From the IMG/VR virus record IMGVR_UViG_3300031555_004710, positions 172,672 to 236,671 of that record: a stretch of DNA of 64,000 nucleotides; one strand, given 5' to 3'. Shown in pieces: positions 11,258 through 21,484 of this stretch. The notes beneath the pieces were generated by a model. The model was not told where the DNA came from and searched no databases. It saw nothing but the letters and a program-made list of their open reading frames with translations. The stretch comes from a virus (Duplodnaviria > Caudoviricetes). How positions within the stretch are numbered: position 1 is the first letter of the stretch; each line of letters opens with the position of its first letter. The position numbers and the translations under genes are program-made.

Positions 11258-11875
11258 ATGTTTCTTAAATATATAGGAGAACAGCAACCGGGAATATATG
11301 CATTAACTCCAAATAAATACTATCATGTAAACCTTAAGGTAACCGATGATGCATTGGAAGGAACTGATTGTAGAGAAGGTACTAAATATATTTTAGAAAG
11401 AGTGACTGAAGATGGTACTATAGTTAGCTATGTACATTTTAGTATTGATGAAATAAATCGAAATTGGGAAGCATATGAGGGATTTACAAAAACCACAGTA
11501 ATTCATAAACTTGTAAGAGATCGAATCCCAGAAAAGATAATTCATAATGATCAATTGAAAGAAGTACCATTCTACCATAAATTAACTGATAAAAATGAAA
11601 TTCTTCATGCTCTAGAAAAGAAACTTGATGAGGAAGTTAAAGAATTTAAAGAATGCAGAGATGTAGAAGAACTTGCAGACATTGTAGAAGTTATATATGG
11701 TATATTATACCAATTAGAAGTTGACAAAAAATCCTTCTTTGGTATTGTAGATCGTAAACGAGCTCTTAACGGTGGCTTTAAAAATGGTATAGTATTAGAC
11801 TATACTGTGGCAGATGAGTATAATCCTACTGCATCTCCAGTATATTATTTCGTGAGTAGAAAGGAAGATGAATAA
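11258..11875 (+). CDS. MazG-like / PRA-PH nucleoside triphosphate pyrophosphohydrolase
   Basis: KLVRDRIP, KLDEEVKEF, EELADIVEV and R..NGGF motifs. Confidence 0.8.
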   Translation: MFLKYIGEQQPGIYALTPNKYYHVNLKVTDDALEGTDCREGTKYILERVTEDGTIVSYVHFSIDEINRNWEAYEGFTKTTVIHKLVRDRIPEKIIHNDQLKEVPFYHKLTDKNEILHALEKKLDEEVKEFKECRDVEELADIVEVIYGILYQLEVDKKSFFGIVDRKRALNGGFKNGIVLDYTVADEYNPTASPVYYFVSRKEDE

Positions 11876-12516
11876 TGATAAAACCTAAATGTATCATTAC
11901 AAAGGCAAAGACAAAAATTGATAAAACTGCTGAAGAATATAAAAAACTTATAAATTTAGAAGAAGAAAAAATCGATAATGATTCAAAAGATTCTGAAAAA
12001 GATTATCCACGATCATATGGTGGAAGATCGGGTCCATATAATGAAAAAATAGTAGCAAATGCTGATGAAATATTTAATAATGAAATACTTCAGCATGTAA
12101 AATTAACTCCAGATATCAAATGGATAAGTGCTAAAGAAGTAAGATATATTTATGAAAATATGGTTAAAAGTATGGTTAATGAAATAGGTGTGGTATATCT
12201 ACATTTAGAAGAGAAAGATATAGTACAATCGATTTGTTTATCAAAACAAGGAATTGATCCAATTGAGTTAATTGGTAAAGCTACATGTAATCTTGCAAGA
12301 ATAAATAACAAATATTCTACATATCTTGCAGCTACAATTTTTATTACATTATGTAGAGAAAATTCAATTTCAATAAACATTAAGAGTGAAACACTTCTTC
12401 ACACCTTAAATAAAGTAAAATATAATACAGTAACTTATGATAGTTTTATAAATATGATATCTGGAGATTCATCACTTAAATCATGCTCTAGTGGAATGGT
12501 TGCTACTATTTTATAA
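11875..12516 (+). CDS. Hypothetical protein, possible degenerate Doc/Fic-like C-terminal domain
   Basis: WISAKEVRYI...LAATIFITLCREN parallels the 12855 protein. Confidence 0.45.
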   Translation: MIKPKCIITKAKTKIDKTAEEYKKLINLEEEKIDNDSKDSEKDYPRSYGGRSGPYNEKIVANADEIFNNEILQHVKLTPDIKWISAKEVRYIYENMVKSMVNEIGVVYLHLEEKDIVQSICLSKQGIDPIELIGKATCNLARINNKYSTYLAATIFITLCRENSISINIKSETLLHTLNKVKYNTVTYDSFINMISGDSSLKSCSSGMVATIL

Positions 12517-12583
12517 ATAGAATTAATTCCTTTTAAACTATTAATTAATAAAGTATGAATAGTTAGAGGAGGAATGATTAATA

Positions 12584-12811
12584 ATGAGTAATGATAAAGA
12601 ATATATTCAGCTTTTGACAGAGAAAAGAAATATTGAAAGGCATGAAAAAATTTTAAAACAAGTTCCATCTAAAGCAGATTACAAACATTCTAAAAAAATA
12701 TTAGAGGATTTTGATATTACTGATGTTGATATACCAGAGTTTGATTCTAAATTAGAACTAGAACGATTTATAAAAACTACAATTTCTACACATTTAGATA
12801 AATACGAATAA
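12584..12811 (+). CDS. Small hypothetical protein
   Basis: GAGGAGG RBS; palindromic terminator overlaps the stop. Confidence 0.7.
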   Translation: MSNDKEYIQLLTEKRNIERHEKILKQVPSKADYKHSKKILEDFDITDVDIPEFDSKLELERFIKTTISTHLDKYE

Positions 12812-12854
12812 TAGCAATATTGCTATTATTCGTATTTAATAATTAAAAAGGAGA

Positions 12855-13343
12855 ATGATTATGGTTAGGACTAAAGATGTACTTGATATTGCTAAAAATA
12901 TTATAGATGAAAATATAGAGGAGTTTTCATCAATGTTTCATGGAAGAGATCCTAGACATGGAGATATTGAATGGATCACAGTTGATGATGTATTATCAAT
13001 TCATAATGAAATCATCGATAAATTAAATGGCCGTAAAGGAGTTCATAATCTAATTGATTTGAAATATGCAGTTGATTTTCCTATTATGAATATTGAAGGA
13101 TGTCCACCTAAGCCAACATTTGAGAAAATATGTAATTGCGCATATCTTTTAGGAAGATGCTTTGTTGATTGTGGTGCACAGGTTGCCGCAACTGTTTTCT
13201 GTACGCTCTGTAAAAAGAATAACTATGAAGTTAAATTTAAACTAGGAGATATCTATGACATATTTTCAAAAACTATAGGACCAAATATTGAGTTTAGTGA
13301 ATTTCATTATTCATTATCAGAACTCACAAAACGCAATTTTTAA
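12855..13343 (+). CDS. Doc/Fic-fold protein with degenerate active-site motif
   Basis: ITVDDVLSIHNEII..GRKGVHN..LKYAVDFP..FEK..AYLL.RCFVDCGAQVA..F...N follows the Doc family layout, but HPFxDGNKR is replaced. Confidence 0.6.
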   Translation: MIMVRTKDVLDIAKNIIDENIEEFSSMFHGRDPRHGDIEWITVDDVLSIHNEIIDKLNGRKGVHNLIDLKYAVDFPIMNIEGCPPKPTFEKICNCAYLLGRCFVDCGAQVAATVFCTLCKKNNYEVKFKLGDIYDIFSKTIGPNIEFSEFHYSLSELTKRNF

Positions 13344-13443
13344 AAGAGAGTATATAATACTCTCTTTTATTTTTTCGTTTAAATTAAAATTTACACAAAC
13401 CACGAAAATATAACATTTCATTAACTTTTTAAGATAAAACGAG

Positions 13444-14202
13444 GTGATATTTATTATGACAATTGCTGAATATTTACAAAATCCTTATGGAAAAGGCTCG
13501 GCATTTTCGTCGAGCTCAAAACAGAAAGATGATTTGGATAAGCAATTTAAACAAATCTCTGAAAAGATAATTTCAAAAATTTATCGTTATCGTGATTTTG
13601 TTATATATCATGTAATCGTTCCTAGTACCAAAAAAGACTTTGTTAATTATGATGTAGTAATTGAAGTAGAAACAAAGAAACTTCATGAAGGAGCAGCAAA
13701 TTTGGAAGGACTTGAATTTAAAGTATTCTCAAATTGCCCTTCATTCATATTTACATATGCACATGTTTTTAGGGGTAGTGGAATGTTATGTGACTGGCTT
13801 CTTCCTAAATATAATAAAGAAGTTAGGACAAAAGCTCCAGTTAAACGAAATCAATACGGTATCGTAGGCTTAGAAAGAAGTGTGTATTTAGCACTTAAGC
13901 ATTTACATGCTAGTGGAAAAACCCATTTTGGAGTTTATCAAACTGCTGGAAAGAAAGTTCATGGTAGAAATGAGATTATTAATGCCGTTAGAACTCAGCA
14001 GCAAATTATGGATAGGGTTAAGGAAAAAATTCCTGCACATAAAGACCCTTCAGCATTTAGTCCAAAAACAATTGCTACAAATCCCCATGCCAATAAAGAT
14101 AGGACAACTCGAACTACAGTTTTTACAAAATCTGTAAAAAATATAAAGAGTGGAAAAATGACAAAAAGTACAAAAACATCAAAAACGACGAAAAAAATAT
14201 AA
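13444..14202 (+). CDS. Conserved-looking hypothetical protein with basic C-terminal tail (putative late)
   Basis: 252-aa ORF, AACA-N6-TA at 13412-13423. Confidence 0.7.
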   Translation: MIFIMTIAEYLQNPYGKGSAFSSSSKQKDDLDKQFKQISEKIISKIYRYRDFVIYHVIVPSTKKDFVNYDVVIEVETKKLHEGAANLEGLEFKVFSNCPSFIFTYAHVFRGSGMLCDWLLPKYNKEVRTKAPVKRNQYGIVGLERSVYLALKHLHASGKTHFGVYQTAGKKVHGRNEIINAVRTQQQIMDRVKEKIPAHKDPSAFSPKTIATNPHANKDRTTRTTVFTKSVKNIKSGKMTKSTKTSKTTKKI

Positions 14203-14254
14203 ATCAATATATTTTTTTTATGTATATTAAAAAGATTATGAGGAGGCTAAAACA

Positions 14255-15799
14255 ATGGGCAATTTAAAACCACTAGCATTTCAGGAGAATCCTCCACTTT
14301 ATGAGTGGGTACCTAATCCTGGAGAAATATATTATATATATGATGGAGAAAACGTAAAAGCAGACTATGATGGACGTGTTGGAAAGATTGAAGAAATTTC
14401 AACCCTACCAATATTTTACATAAAAAAGAATCATTATAAAACTAGAATGGATGAAATTACTAGAGTATTGAACTATTTTACTAGATTTTATGATTTAGAT
14501 AGAGAATCATTTTTCGCTATGATGGTTGCAAAATATTACTGCGATACACATCTTGATGTATTGCAGAAAGATTTTATAAACTATCTAATGGAAAATGTAG
14601 TTACCTCTAGCTTTGTATCTAAATGTAAAATGATGTCATGCGATTTATATAAATTAAATATAAATGCAGACTCTTCAGGAAAATTCAATAACACTCCAAA
14701 AATCACAAATGCTCAGGCATTTCAAATTGTAGCAGTTTCATTCTGTTTTAAAATATTGACTCCATTAATGTTACATTTCTCAAACGTGAATACTAATTTT
14801 GATCCAGCTGTGAAGACAGAATATTTGAAATGGTTCAATAAGTTATTCAATAAAGTAATCAAGAAATTTGAAGAAGGGGATACACCTTTCTATACGTCTC
14901 TTTGCAAATTCGTTGTATTTAGGGGAGAGAAAATCTCTAGAAATAACTCAACTGCATTTTACCAAAAGAAAATGCTTAGAGGAGATACTCTCGAATTATA
15001 TAATGAAAATTTAATAAAAGAGGTAGTTTGTGTAAAGACTCTTTATAAGTTAGATTACAGACATTCATGTGTAGCATTTATTGATGGAGTTATTCATAAC
15101 TATAATATGAACTACTTAAAAGAAAACTTTAGTAGTAAACCATATGAGATAGATTCTGAAGAAACTTCAAAAGATTCAGATGAATCATTATCTCATGCAG
15201 AAGCTATGGAAATGGCAATGTATAAAAGAGATGAATCTGCCGCAATGGTTGCAGATATCAATGGAGAATATGTAATGAATCAAATTCGAAAATGGTACAA
15301 AGCATTTGATATCAGTAATGAAGAATTTGAGTTCTATTACAATAACTTCTATCCTAACGAAGTTAACCAATCATTATTCAATGATTTTTATGCTGGGAAA
15401 TTTAAAGACCCATATGCTGTAAATAATCTTAATAGAAAAGATACAGTATATCTTTTAATTTGCATGAAGAAAGTATTCCAGACATATAAAATGTATCATC
15501 TTGCACAGATTTGTACTGCTCAGGTATTTCGTAAGTACAAAGAAAATGTAATTAAAAATGGCAAATATATGGAAAGAATAACTTCCTCTAATGTATATAA
15601 GGAAATAGTTTCTAGAAAATATTCTAATATCGTTGAGTTAGGTATGAAAGAGAATCCTATACTTAAAACTCTTGAGACGATTATCAATAGTGTATTTACT
15701 TTAGTAGACTATGAGCCTGAAATAAATGGATATAAACTTGAGCATTTAGATAGAGATGCTATTGCAGATGAATATTTACTTTTCCTAAGTATTATATAA
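14255..15799 (+). CDS. Hypothetical protein, candidate promoter-specificity (sigma-like) subunit of the non-virion RNAP
   Basis: 514 aa, helical, early-type promoter at 14208-14222, acidic DSDESLSHAE segment reminiscent of a sigma finger; function inferred only. Confidence 0.45.
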   Translation: MGNLKPLAFQENPPLYEWVPNPGEIYYIYDGENVKADYDGRVGKIEEISTLPIFYIKKNHYKTRMDEITRVLNYFTRFYDLDRESFFAMMVAKYYCDTHLDVLQKDFINYLMENVVTSSFVSKCKMMSCDLYKLNINADSSGKFNNTPKITNAQAFQIVAVSFCFKILTPLMLHFSNVNTNFDPAVKTEYLKWFNKLFNKVIKKFEEGDTPFYTSLCKFVVFRGEKISRNNSTAFYQKKMLRGDTLELYNENLIKEVVCVKTLYKLDYRHSCVAFIDGVIHNYNMNYLKENFSSKPYEIDSEETSKDSDESLSHAEAMEMAMYKRDESAAMVADINGEYVMNQIRKWYKAFDISNEEFEFYYNNFYPNEVNQSLFNDFYAGKFKDPYAVNNLNRKDTVYLLICMKKVFQTYKMYHLAQICTAQVFRKYKENVIKNGKYMERITSSNVYKEIVSRKYSNIVELGMKENPILKTLETIINSVFTLVDYEPEINGYKLEHLDRDAIADEYLLFLSII

Positions 15800-15852
15800 A
15801 TAAGATGGAGACTGGTAGTCTCCATCTTATTTTTTGTATTTATAAGGATTAA

Positions 15853-15864
15853 AACATTTCCCTA
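15853..15864 (+). promoter_or_regulatory. Representative putative late promoter AACA-N6-TA
   Basis: Same motif at 3740, 13412, 17202, 31054, 44976, 56430 (+) and 1668, 22948, 30304, 43944, 48484, 56391 (-); N7 variants at 28374, 40702, 53938, 63914 (-). Confidence 0.75.
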
Positions 15865-15903
15865 ATAATCTATAATATTTTTTATCCGGAGGTGAAATAA
15901 ATT

Positions 15904-17154
15904 ATGGCTAAAAAATCAATTGATAATGAATACGAAGAAGTTGATTTAGTCGACGATAGTTATCAAATAGACCAAGTTCCAAAAACATATGTTTTATTAG
16001 ATAAATATTGGGATACGATTGAAGATAATTTACCTCGTAATAGATCAGTATTAAAAAGATTTATTGCAACTTATAGAAATAAAAATATTGATAAATTGGA
16101 AACACCATATCCTATCGATTTTCCACCTTGGACTCCTCCTTGTAACAAAATATTTTATGCTGTAACTGGGATTGATGAAGAGGAATTTGTTGAATCTGTA
16201 ATGACTATTAGAGGTCATGAAGGATATCTGGATCCTTATTTAAAAGACAAAGCTCCATATATCTTAGCGTTAATGATTGCTAGATGGTTAATGATACATG
16301 ATTATACTCAAGAATTGACTATAATGCAACATTATATAGGATACTCTCATTATTGGGCAGTATTTAGTGTTTTCTTTTACTCTAATAAAAATAAGAGAAA
16401 ATATAAACCTAAACTGGAAGTAATGAAATATACTATTAATGAGATGAGTTATAAGAGTAGATTAAAAGCTTTAGGCTCAGTTGATAAATGGTTACAAGAT
16501 GGTGTAATGAATGGTATGAATACTTATAAAGAAAGATTGCTTAGAGCATCGGATTTCGAATTGCATTATATAAATGAAAAGATTCGTTCTAAATTTAAGA
16601 GTGCAATGAAAACTTTATATAGAGCTCAAGAAAAGAATGAACGTGAAAAAAATTATATATTTACTTCAAGTAGTCACATGGGTGATGATATAATTGATAA
16701 TACATATGGAGTTGCGGAGGTAATTTCATTAGCAAGCACATTTACTACAAAATTCTTTGCAGACCCTATTACAGAGAAAGCTTTAAAAGGAGCGCTGATT
16801 CCTGGAGGTATTACAGAGAAGGACCTTCGTAATGTAATTCTAATGATTTCTGATGATAAAAAGAATCTAGACGATGTATCAAAATTATATCAGTCGTTAT
16901 TTTATATCTTTTTAGAAGATAATAAATATAAAGTTCGTGATATTGGTGGTAATAGATTCTATTATGAAATGGAAAAATTATATAAACCTGGGAATACAAA
17001 CGACCCAAATAGAAATTACATCAAAACTATTCTTGATAAGTGGTTAAGTATGGGAAGTGCTACTTTTAGATCTACTAATAGGACTGCTACTATAACAACT
17101 TTTAGAAAATCAATCTATGAATATTTTGTATTGAAGATAATGTATGATAAATAA
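15904..17154 (+). CDS. Hypothetical protein (putative late/virion)
   Basis: 416 aa, GGAGGTG RBS, AACA-N6-TA at 15853-15864. Confidence 0.7.
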   Translation: MAKKSIDNEYEEVDLVDDSYQIDQVPKTYVLLDKYWDTIEDNLPRNRSVLKRFIATYRNKNIDKLETPYPIDFPPWTPPCNKIFYAVTGIDEEEFVESVMTIRGHEGYLDPYLKDKAPYILALMIARWLMIHDYTQELTIMQHYIGYSHYWAVFSVFFYSNKNKRKYKPKLEVMKYTINEMSYKSRLKALGSVDKWLQDGVMNGMNTYKERLLRASDFELHYINEKIRSKFKSAMKTLYRAQEKNEREKNYIFTSSSHMGDDIIDNTYGVAEVISLASTFTTKFFADPITEKALKGALIPGGITEKDLRNVILMISDDKKNLDDVSKLYQSLFYIFLEDNKYKVRDIGGNRFYYEMEKLYKPGNTNDPNRNYIKTILDKWLSMGSATFRSTNRTATITTFRKSIYEYFVLKIMYDK

Positions 17155-17256
17155 GAATACCAATTGGTATTCTTATTTATTTTCGTAAAAATAGGCTAAA
17201 AAACAAATTCGTAATCTATGCGAATAAAGAATAGAAAATATGTGAGGTGATAAATA

Positions 17257-20200
17257 ATGGCGAAAAATCCTCTTTATAGAAATGAATATTATTTCTTTTC
17301 TAATATGTATGATGATTCTTTAATTACTGATTTTTATAAAAAGATAACATCTGAATCATATGATAAATCAGTATATTATCAACAACATGCAGTTGGTAGA
17401 AATCGTCATTTTAATGATGATTCAATTTATTATAAATCATCATTGGGAGAATTTGTTATAGATAATAAATATAATGAAATTGCTGGTTTACCTAAAGGAA
17501 CCAGGACATTAAAATTTAACACAATGGTACTCCCTATTCATGATAAACGTAAATATATATCAACGTATGGTATTTCTTATAAAAAAATCCCATTACTTGA
17601 TTTTTATGCAAGAACTGATATATTTGATAAAGCTATATCATTGCAAATAGGCAAATATCAAATAATGTCAGCATATTTAATTGAAAATAATGATAAAACT
17701 ATTACATTAGCTTTTACTGACGGTGCTATAAGCTTTTCTGAGTTTGCTAAACTTAAATCGGAGTATTCTGATTCTGAACCAGTATGGTTATTTACAAACG
17801 AACTTACTAAAACTTATTATCGCCAGGCAACTACTACAGGACTTATTTCTGGTAGAGTTGATGATAATTATTTATTACTTATTCCAGAATCAGCTGAAAT
17901 AAATAAAATTGATAACGGTGTAAATAGTAACGAATCTAATTCTTGGGATTGTTTAATGTCATATGAAGTTATACCTGGATACGACAATTCAAACTTATTA
18001 TTATCGATTCCGTGTACATACACTGGGCAAACTATTAAAAATGGTACTAAATGTGCGACTTTTAGTGTCCCTGCAAATTTTGTAAAGGCTATTATTAGCC
18101 ATTCTACATCTACTAGAGTTAAAGTTTGCTTTATTAAACGTCCAAATAGAATATATATATCTCATTATATTTATTCCGATAATACTTCACCAGTTATTAA
18201 TTTAGATTATATTAATAATCCTACTGGAAATATTAACCTAGAAGTATATGAAACCACTGCGGATATGAGTTATCGAGGACGGAGATTATATGATTCAAAA
18301 TTTATGCAATCATATTTTCCTAACATCTATGATTTTTCTAAATTAAATGTAAATAAATCTAATTTATTAATTGAAGTTACAGAATATGATACAACCCACA
18401 CTAATCAAAAAATGAGAAACTCGATAAAACCATTAATTGACTCTCTAGGTTCTGATTTCTACACAGAATATGTTGTAAATGGTTATGATAAATCATTAGA
18501 TGGAAATTCAATGAACTTAAAAGAATATAATCCAAAAGCATATCCAGCATCATTAGAAGATTATAGATCTAGTGAATACTATGGTGATTATAGAGGTTAT
18601 ATATTAGATAAGATTGCAAAGACAATTGAAAGTGATCCTTATCTACTTTCTGAATATTATGATTTTATGGCATCTAAAAATCAATTGGTTATTAGTAGAA
18701 GTGGAACTCCTAAATATTTTAGGTTTAAAACTGGTAGACTTGGTGAATTCTCTGGTTCTAATAAATTTGTAATGAACACTTCCATAGCATCAATAAACCC
18801 GGATGATATTCAATATTTTGATGAAACCCATTCATATATATCATACTATAGCTCAGGAAATAAATGTCCAGCAAATGTATATATTAATGGAAAGTATATT
18901 AGACCTACGTGTACTAGATATTATATGGGAATGAATTATTTATTTTTCCCAATAGATATAGTAAATAAGGAATTATTAAAATACTCAACTGACGAAGAAC
19001 TTCTTGAAGCTTCACCTATAGTAGTTGATTTTTATCCATATACATATACTTCATTATCAGAAGCTCCAAAAGATATTATTACAATTAATAGTTCATCAGA
19101 TGTAATTAAAATATTTAAAAAATTAGAGAATCCAGTATTTTCCTTAAATGAATTGGTAGCATATGATAATTCTACTGGTAAATACTTAGGTTTACTAACG
19201 GATATATTTAATGTAAATTTATCCGTATCACAGTATAAAATAGACCATCCTGAAGAAACTAATGAGATTTTAATTTCTAAAGGAGAAGAACCGGAATATT
19301 TGATGACAATGATGAATGAAATATATCGTACTATGGATAATGTACCAATAATAATAGGTGGAGATACTGTAAATTTATCATGGAATACATTTATTGATTC
19401 ATTGATTGATGAAGGAGTAATTGATGAAAATGGAAAATCTGATTTAATGAATAAGAAAATAGATTTTACAGATATTGAATTAACTCCTAAAGATTCTACT
19501 TTTATAGGCATGAATATAGTAATATATAGCAGAGCATTCAAACAAGAATATTGTATTTCTGCTATAGATGGAAAATATGATGAGGAAAAAAATGAAACTA
19601 CTTACACGGTAGATGGTAATGTTGATTTTGATTCTAATAGATATATGATATTTAAAGATGGTAGAATGATATCAGATGTTAAAGTATATGTAGATAATAC
19701 ATATGGTGGTAAATTATCATTTAGTATTTATGGTGATAACTATACCACTACAGATGGTGATTTTTTAGTAGTTCATACACCTATCACTTATTATAAGAAC
19801 TGGTATGAAGTTAGCGATAAGGTATTCTACATGAAAAAAGCAAATACGAATGAAACTACTCCTATTGGCATTTGGGACTCTGACTCAGATACCTCTGGTT
19901 TTATCTTACAGTCACACACCGATACATTTACAAATAATGGTCCATTTGAAAATGATATAAATATGAAATTCTCATCAACTGGATTAAGATTGCCTCCACA
20001 TTCTGGTAGCACAAATACAATGTATTCTCAATACTATAGTTACAATAGAGCAAAATGCTATGGTTTAGAAAAAGAAGTAGACAATTTGTCATACTCATAT
20101 AATATTAAAAATGATATCCCATTGACAGATATTGGAAAACAGAATCCAAGCTCATATGAGAACTATAATACATCCAGAGCCACGAATCCATTAGATATCT

Positions 20201-20286
20201 TATTATATTATATCAAATTGATTGATATGCCAGAAATAGAACCAGACCCAGGTGACTTTCCTCCAGGATGGATACCAATAACTTGA
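17257..20286 (+). CDS. Large putative virion structural (baseplate/tail) protein
   Basis: 1009 aa, beta-rich composition, AACA-N6-TA at 17202-17213. Confidence 0.55.
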   Translation: MAKNPLYRNEYYFFSNMYDDSLITDFYKKITSESYDKSVYYQQHAVGRNRHFNDDSIYYKSSLGEFVIDNKYNEIAGLPKGTRTLKFNTMVLPIHDKRKYISTYGISYKKIPLLDFYARTDIFDKAISLQIGKYQIMSAYLIENNDKTITLAFTDGAISFSEFAKLKSEYSDSEPVWLFTNELTKTYYRQATTTGLISGRVDDNYLLLIPESAEINKIDNGVNSNESNSWDCLMSYEVIPGYDNSNLLLSIPCTYTGQTIKNGTKCATFSVPANFVKAIISHSTSTRVKVCFIKRPNRIYISHYIYSDNTSPVINLDYINNPTGNINLEVYETTADMSYRGRRLYDSKFMQSYFPNIYDFSKLNVNKSNLLIEVTEYDTTHTNQKMRNSIKPLIDSLGSDFYTEYVVNGYDKSLDGNSMNLKEYNPKAYPASLEDYRSSEYYGDYRGYILDKIAKTIESDPYLLSEYYDFMASKNQLVISRSGTPKYFRFKTGRLGEFSGSNKFVMNTSIASINPDDIQYFDETHSYISYYSSGNKCPANVYINGKYIRPTCTRYYMGMNYLFFPIDIVNKELLKYSTDEELLEASPIVVDFYPYTYTSLSEAPKDIITINSSSDVIKIFKKLENPVFSLNELVAYDNSTGKYLGLLTDIFNVNLSVSQYKIDHPEETNEILISKGEEPEYLMTMMNEIYRTMDNVPIIIGGDTVNLSWNTFIDSLIDEGVIDENGKSDLMNKKIDFTDIELTPKDSTFIGMNIVIYSRAFKQEYCISAIDGKYDEEKNETTYTVDGNVDFDSNRYMIFKDGRMISDVKVYVDNTYGGKLSFSIYGDNYTTTDGDFLVVHTPITYYKNWYEVSDKVFYMKKANTNETTPIGIWDSDSDTSGFILQSHTDTFTNNGPFENDINMKFSSTGLRLPPHSGSTNTMYSQYYSYNRAKCYGLEKEVDNLSYSYNIKNDIPLTDIGKQNPSSYENYNTSRATNPLDILLYYIKLIDMPEIEPDPGDFPPGWIPIT

Positions 20287-20345
20287 TAAAACTTATATAA
20301 AGAATAAGGATATGAGATTTAAATCTCATATCCTTATTTATATTT

Positions 20346-21467
20346 TTAAAGTTCAAAATCTGAACCACTTATATTATTAATCTCTTGAGGATTGTATTCT
20401 GCTTTATTGGCAATTTTCATATCCTTTTCTGCAGCTTTTTCAGACTTTGTAATCTTATAATCAATTACATCTGTCATATTTTCAAGAGAATTAAGCATTT
20501 TCTTTTGCTTTTCAACCGCTGTAGGACTAGATTCAGATGCAGCATTTACTCTTAATATAGTAGCAGCATTTTTAAGTCTATCTGAAAGCTTTCCAGCGCA
20601 GTTTATGAAGTAATATATTACTCCACGAGCAATGATAAATAATGTTACTAAAATACCAATTATTTTAAATGGATTTGGAATGCCCTTCCAAATTTTCTTT
20701 AATCCTTGACCAAGTTCTGATACTTTTGAAGGTGTACCAGCTTCTTTATCTCCAACAAAAATATTTTTAATTCCATTATTTAATTCAGCTCTTGGAGAAT
20801 TAATTGAAAATGATGCAGATATATCAGCTTCATTTGCAATCAAAGAATGTCCAGCAGATTTAAAGCTCTTCATAAGAGTTGCCCATTGACCACTCTCATA
20901 CATTTTGATAAACTGGTTAGTTGTTTTAGTTACCCATCTCACCTGCTTAGCAGTTGGAGTTGTGAGCTCCATGGATAATTTATTTCTCAAATATTCAGTT
21001 GCATCTACTGCACATACATTTATCATTTCGTATAATGATGTTACCATCAAATTATACATATTAATGATTATGAAGTTATCAGTTCTATAACCAAATGTAA
21101 AATCTTGTCTAGCGTTTAATATGATCTGATGAAGTTTATTCATACTTTCAATATTTGGTGTAGGGTGATCTTCTACCAAACTATTAAGAACATCAATACA
21201 CTTAAACATTTGATCATAGTAAACATATTTTGTGATATCGCCTTTACTATCAGGAATCTTTCCAAAATCAATTTCTTCAACTTTCTGGAAGTCTTTGAAA
21301 AGTTTATTTAAAAGACCTGCCTGTTTAGTAGGATTTGAAAAAGCTTCAGTAACGATATCAACATATCTGATACGGTCTCTTCCTTCTTGAGAAATTGACA
21401 TATCATAAATACCTTCCATAACAATATCATTGCTACGTAATTCCATATATAAACTTTCGTCTCTCAT
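20346..21467 (-). CDS. Putative virion head protein
   Basis: Co-transcribed with the 21485 gene; VMEG/VTEA/ANEA protease-like sites; hydrophobic segment near C-terminus. Confidence 0.55.
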   Translation of the reverse strand: MRDESLYMELRSNDIVMEGIYDMSISQEGRDRIRYVDIVTEAFSNPTKQAGLLNKLFKDFQKVEEIDFGKIPDSKGDITKYVYYDQMFKCIDVLNSLVEDHPTPNIESMNKLHQIILNARQDFTFGYRTDNFIIINMYNLMVTSLYEMINVCAVDATEYLRNKLSMELTTPTAKQVRWVTKTTNQFIKMYESGQWATLMKSFKSAGHSLIANEADISASFSINSPRAELNNGIKNIFVGDKEAGTPSKVSELGQGLKKIWKGIPNPFKIIGILVTLFIIARGVIYYFINCAGKLSDRLKNAATILRVNAASESSPTAVEKQKKMLNSLENMTDVIDYKITKSEKAAEKDMKIANKAEYNPQEINNISGSDFEL

Positions 21468-21484
21468 TTATTATTCCTCCCTTC

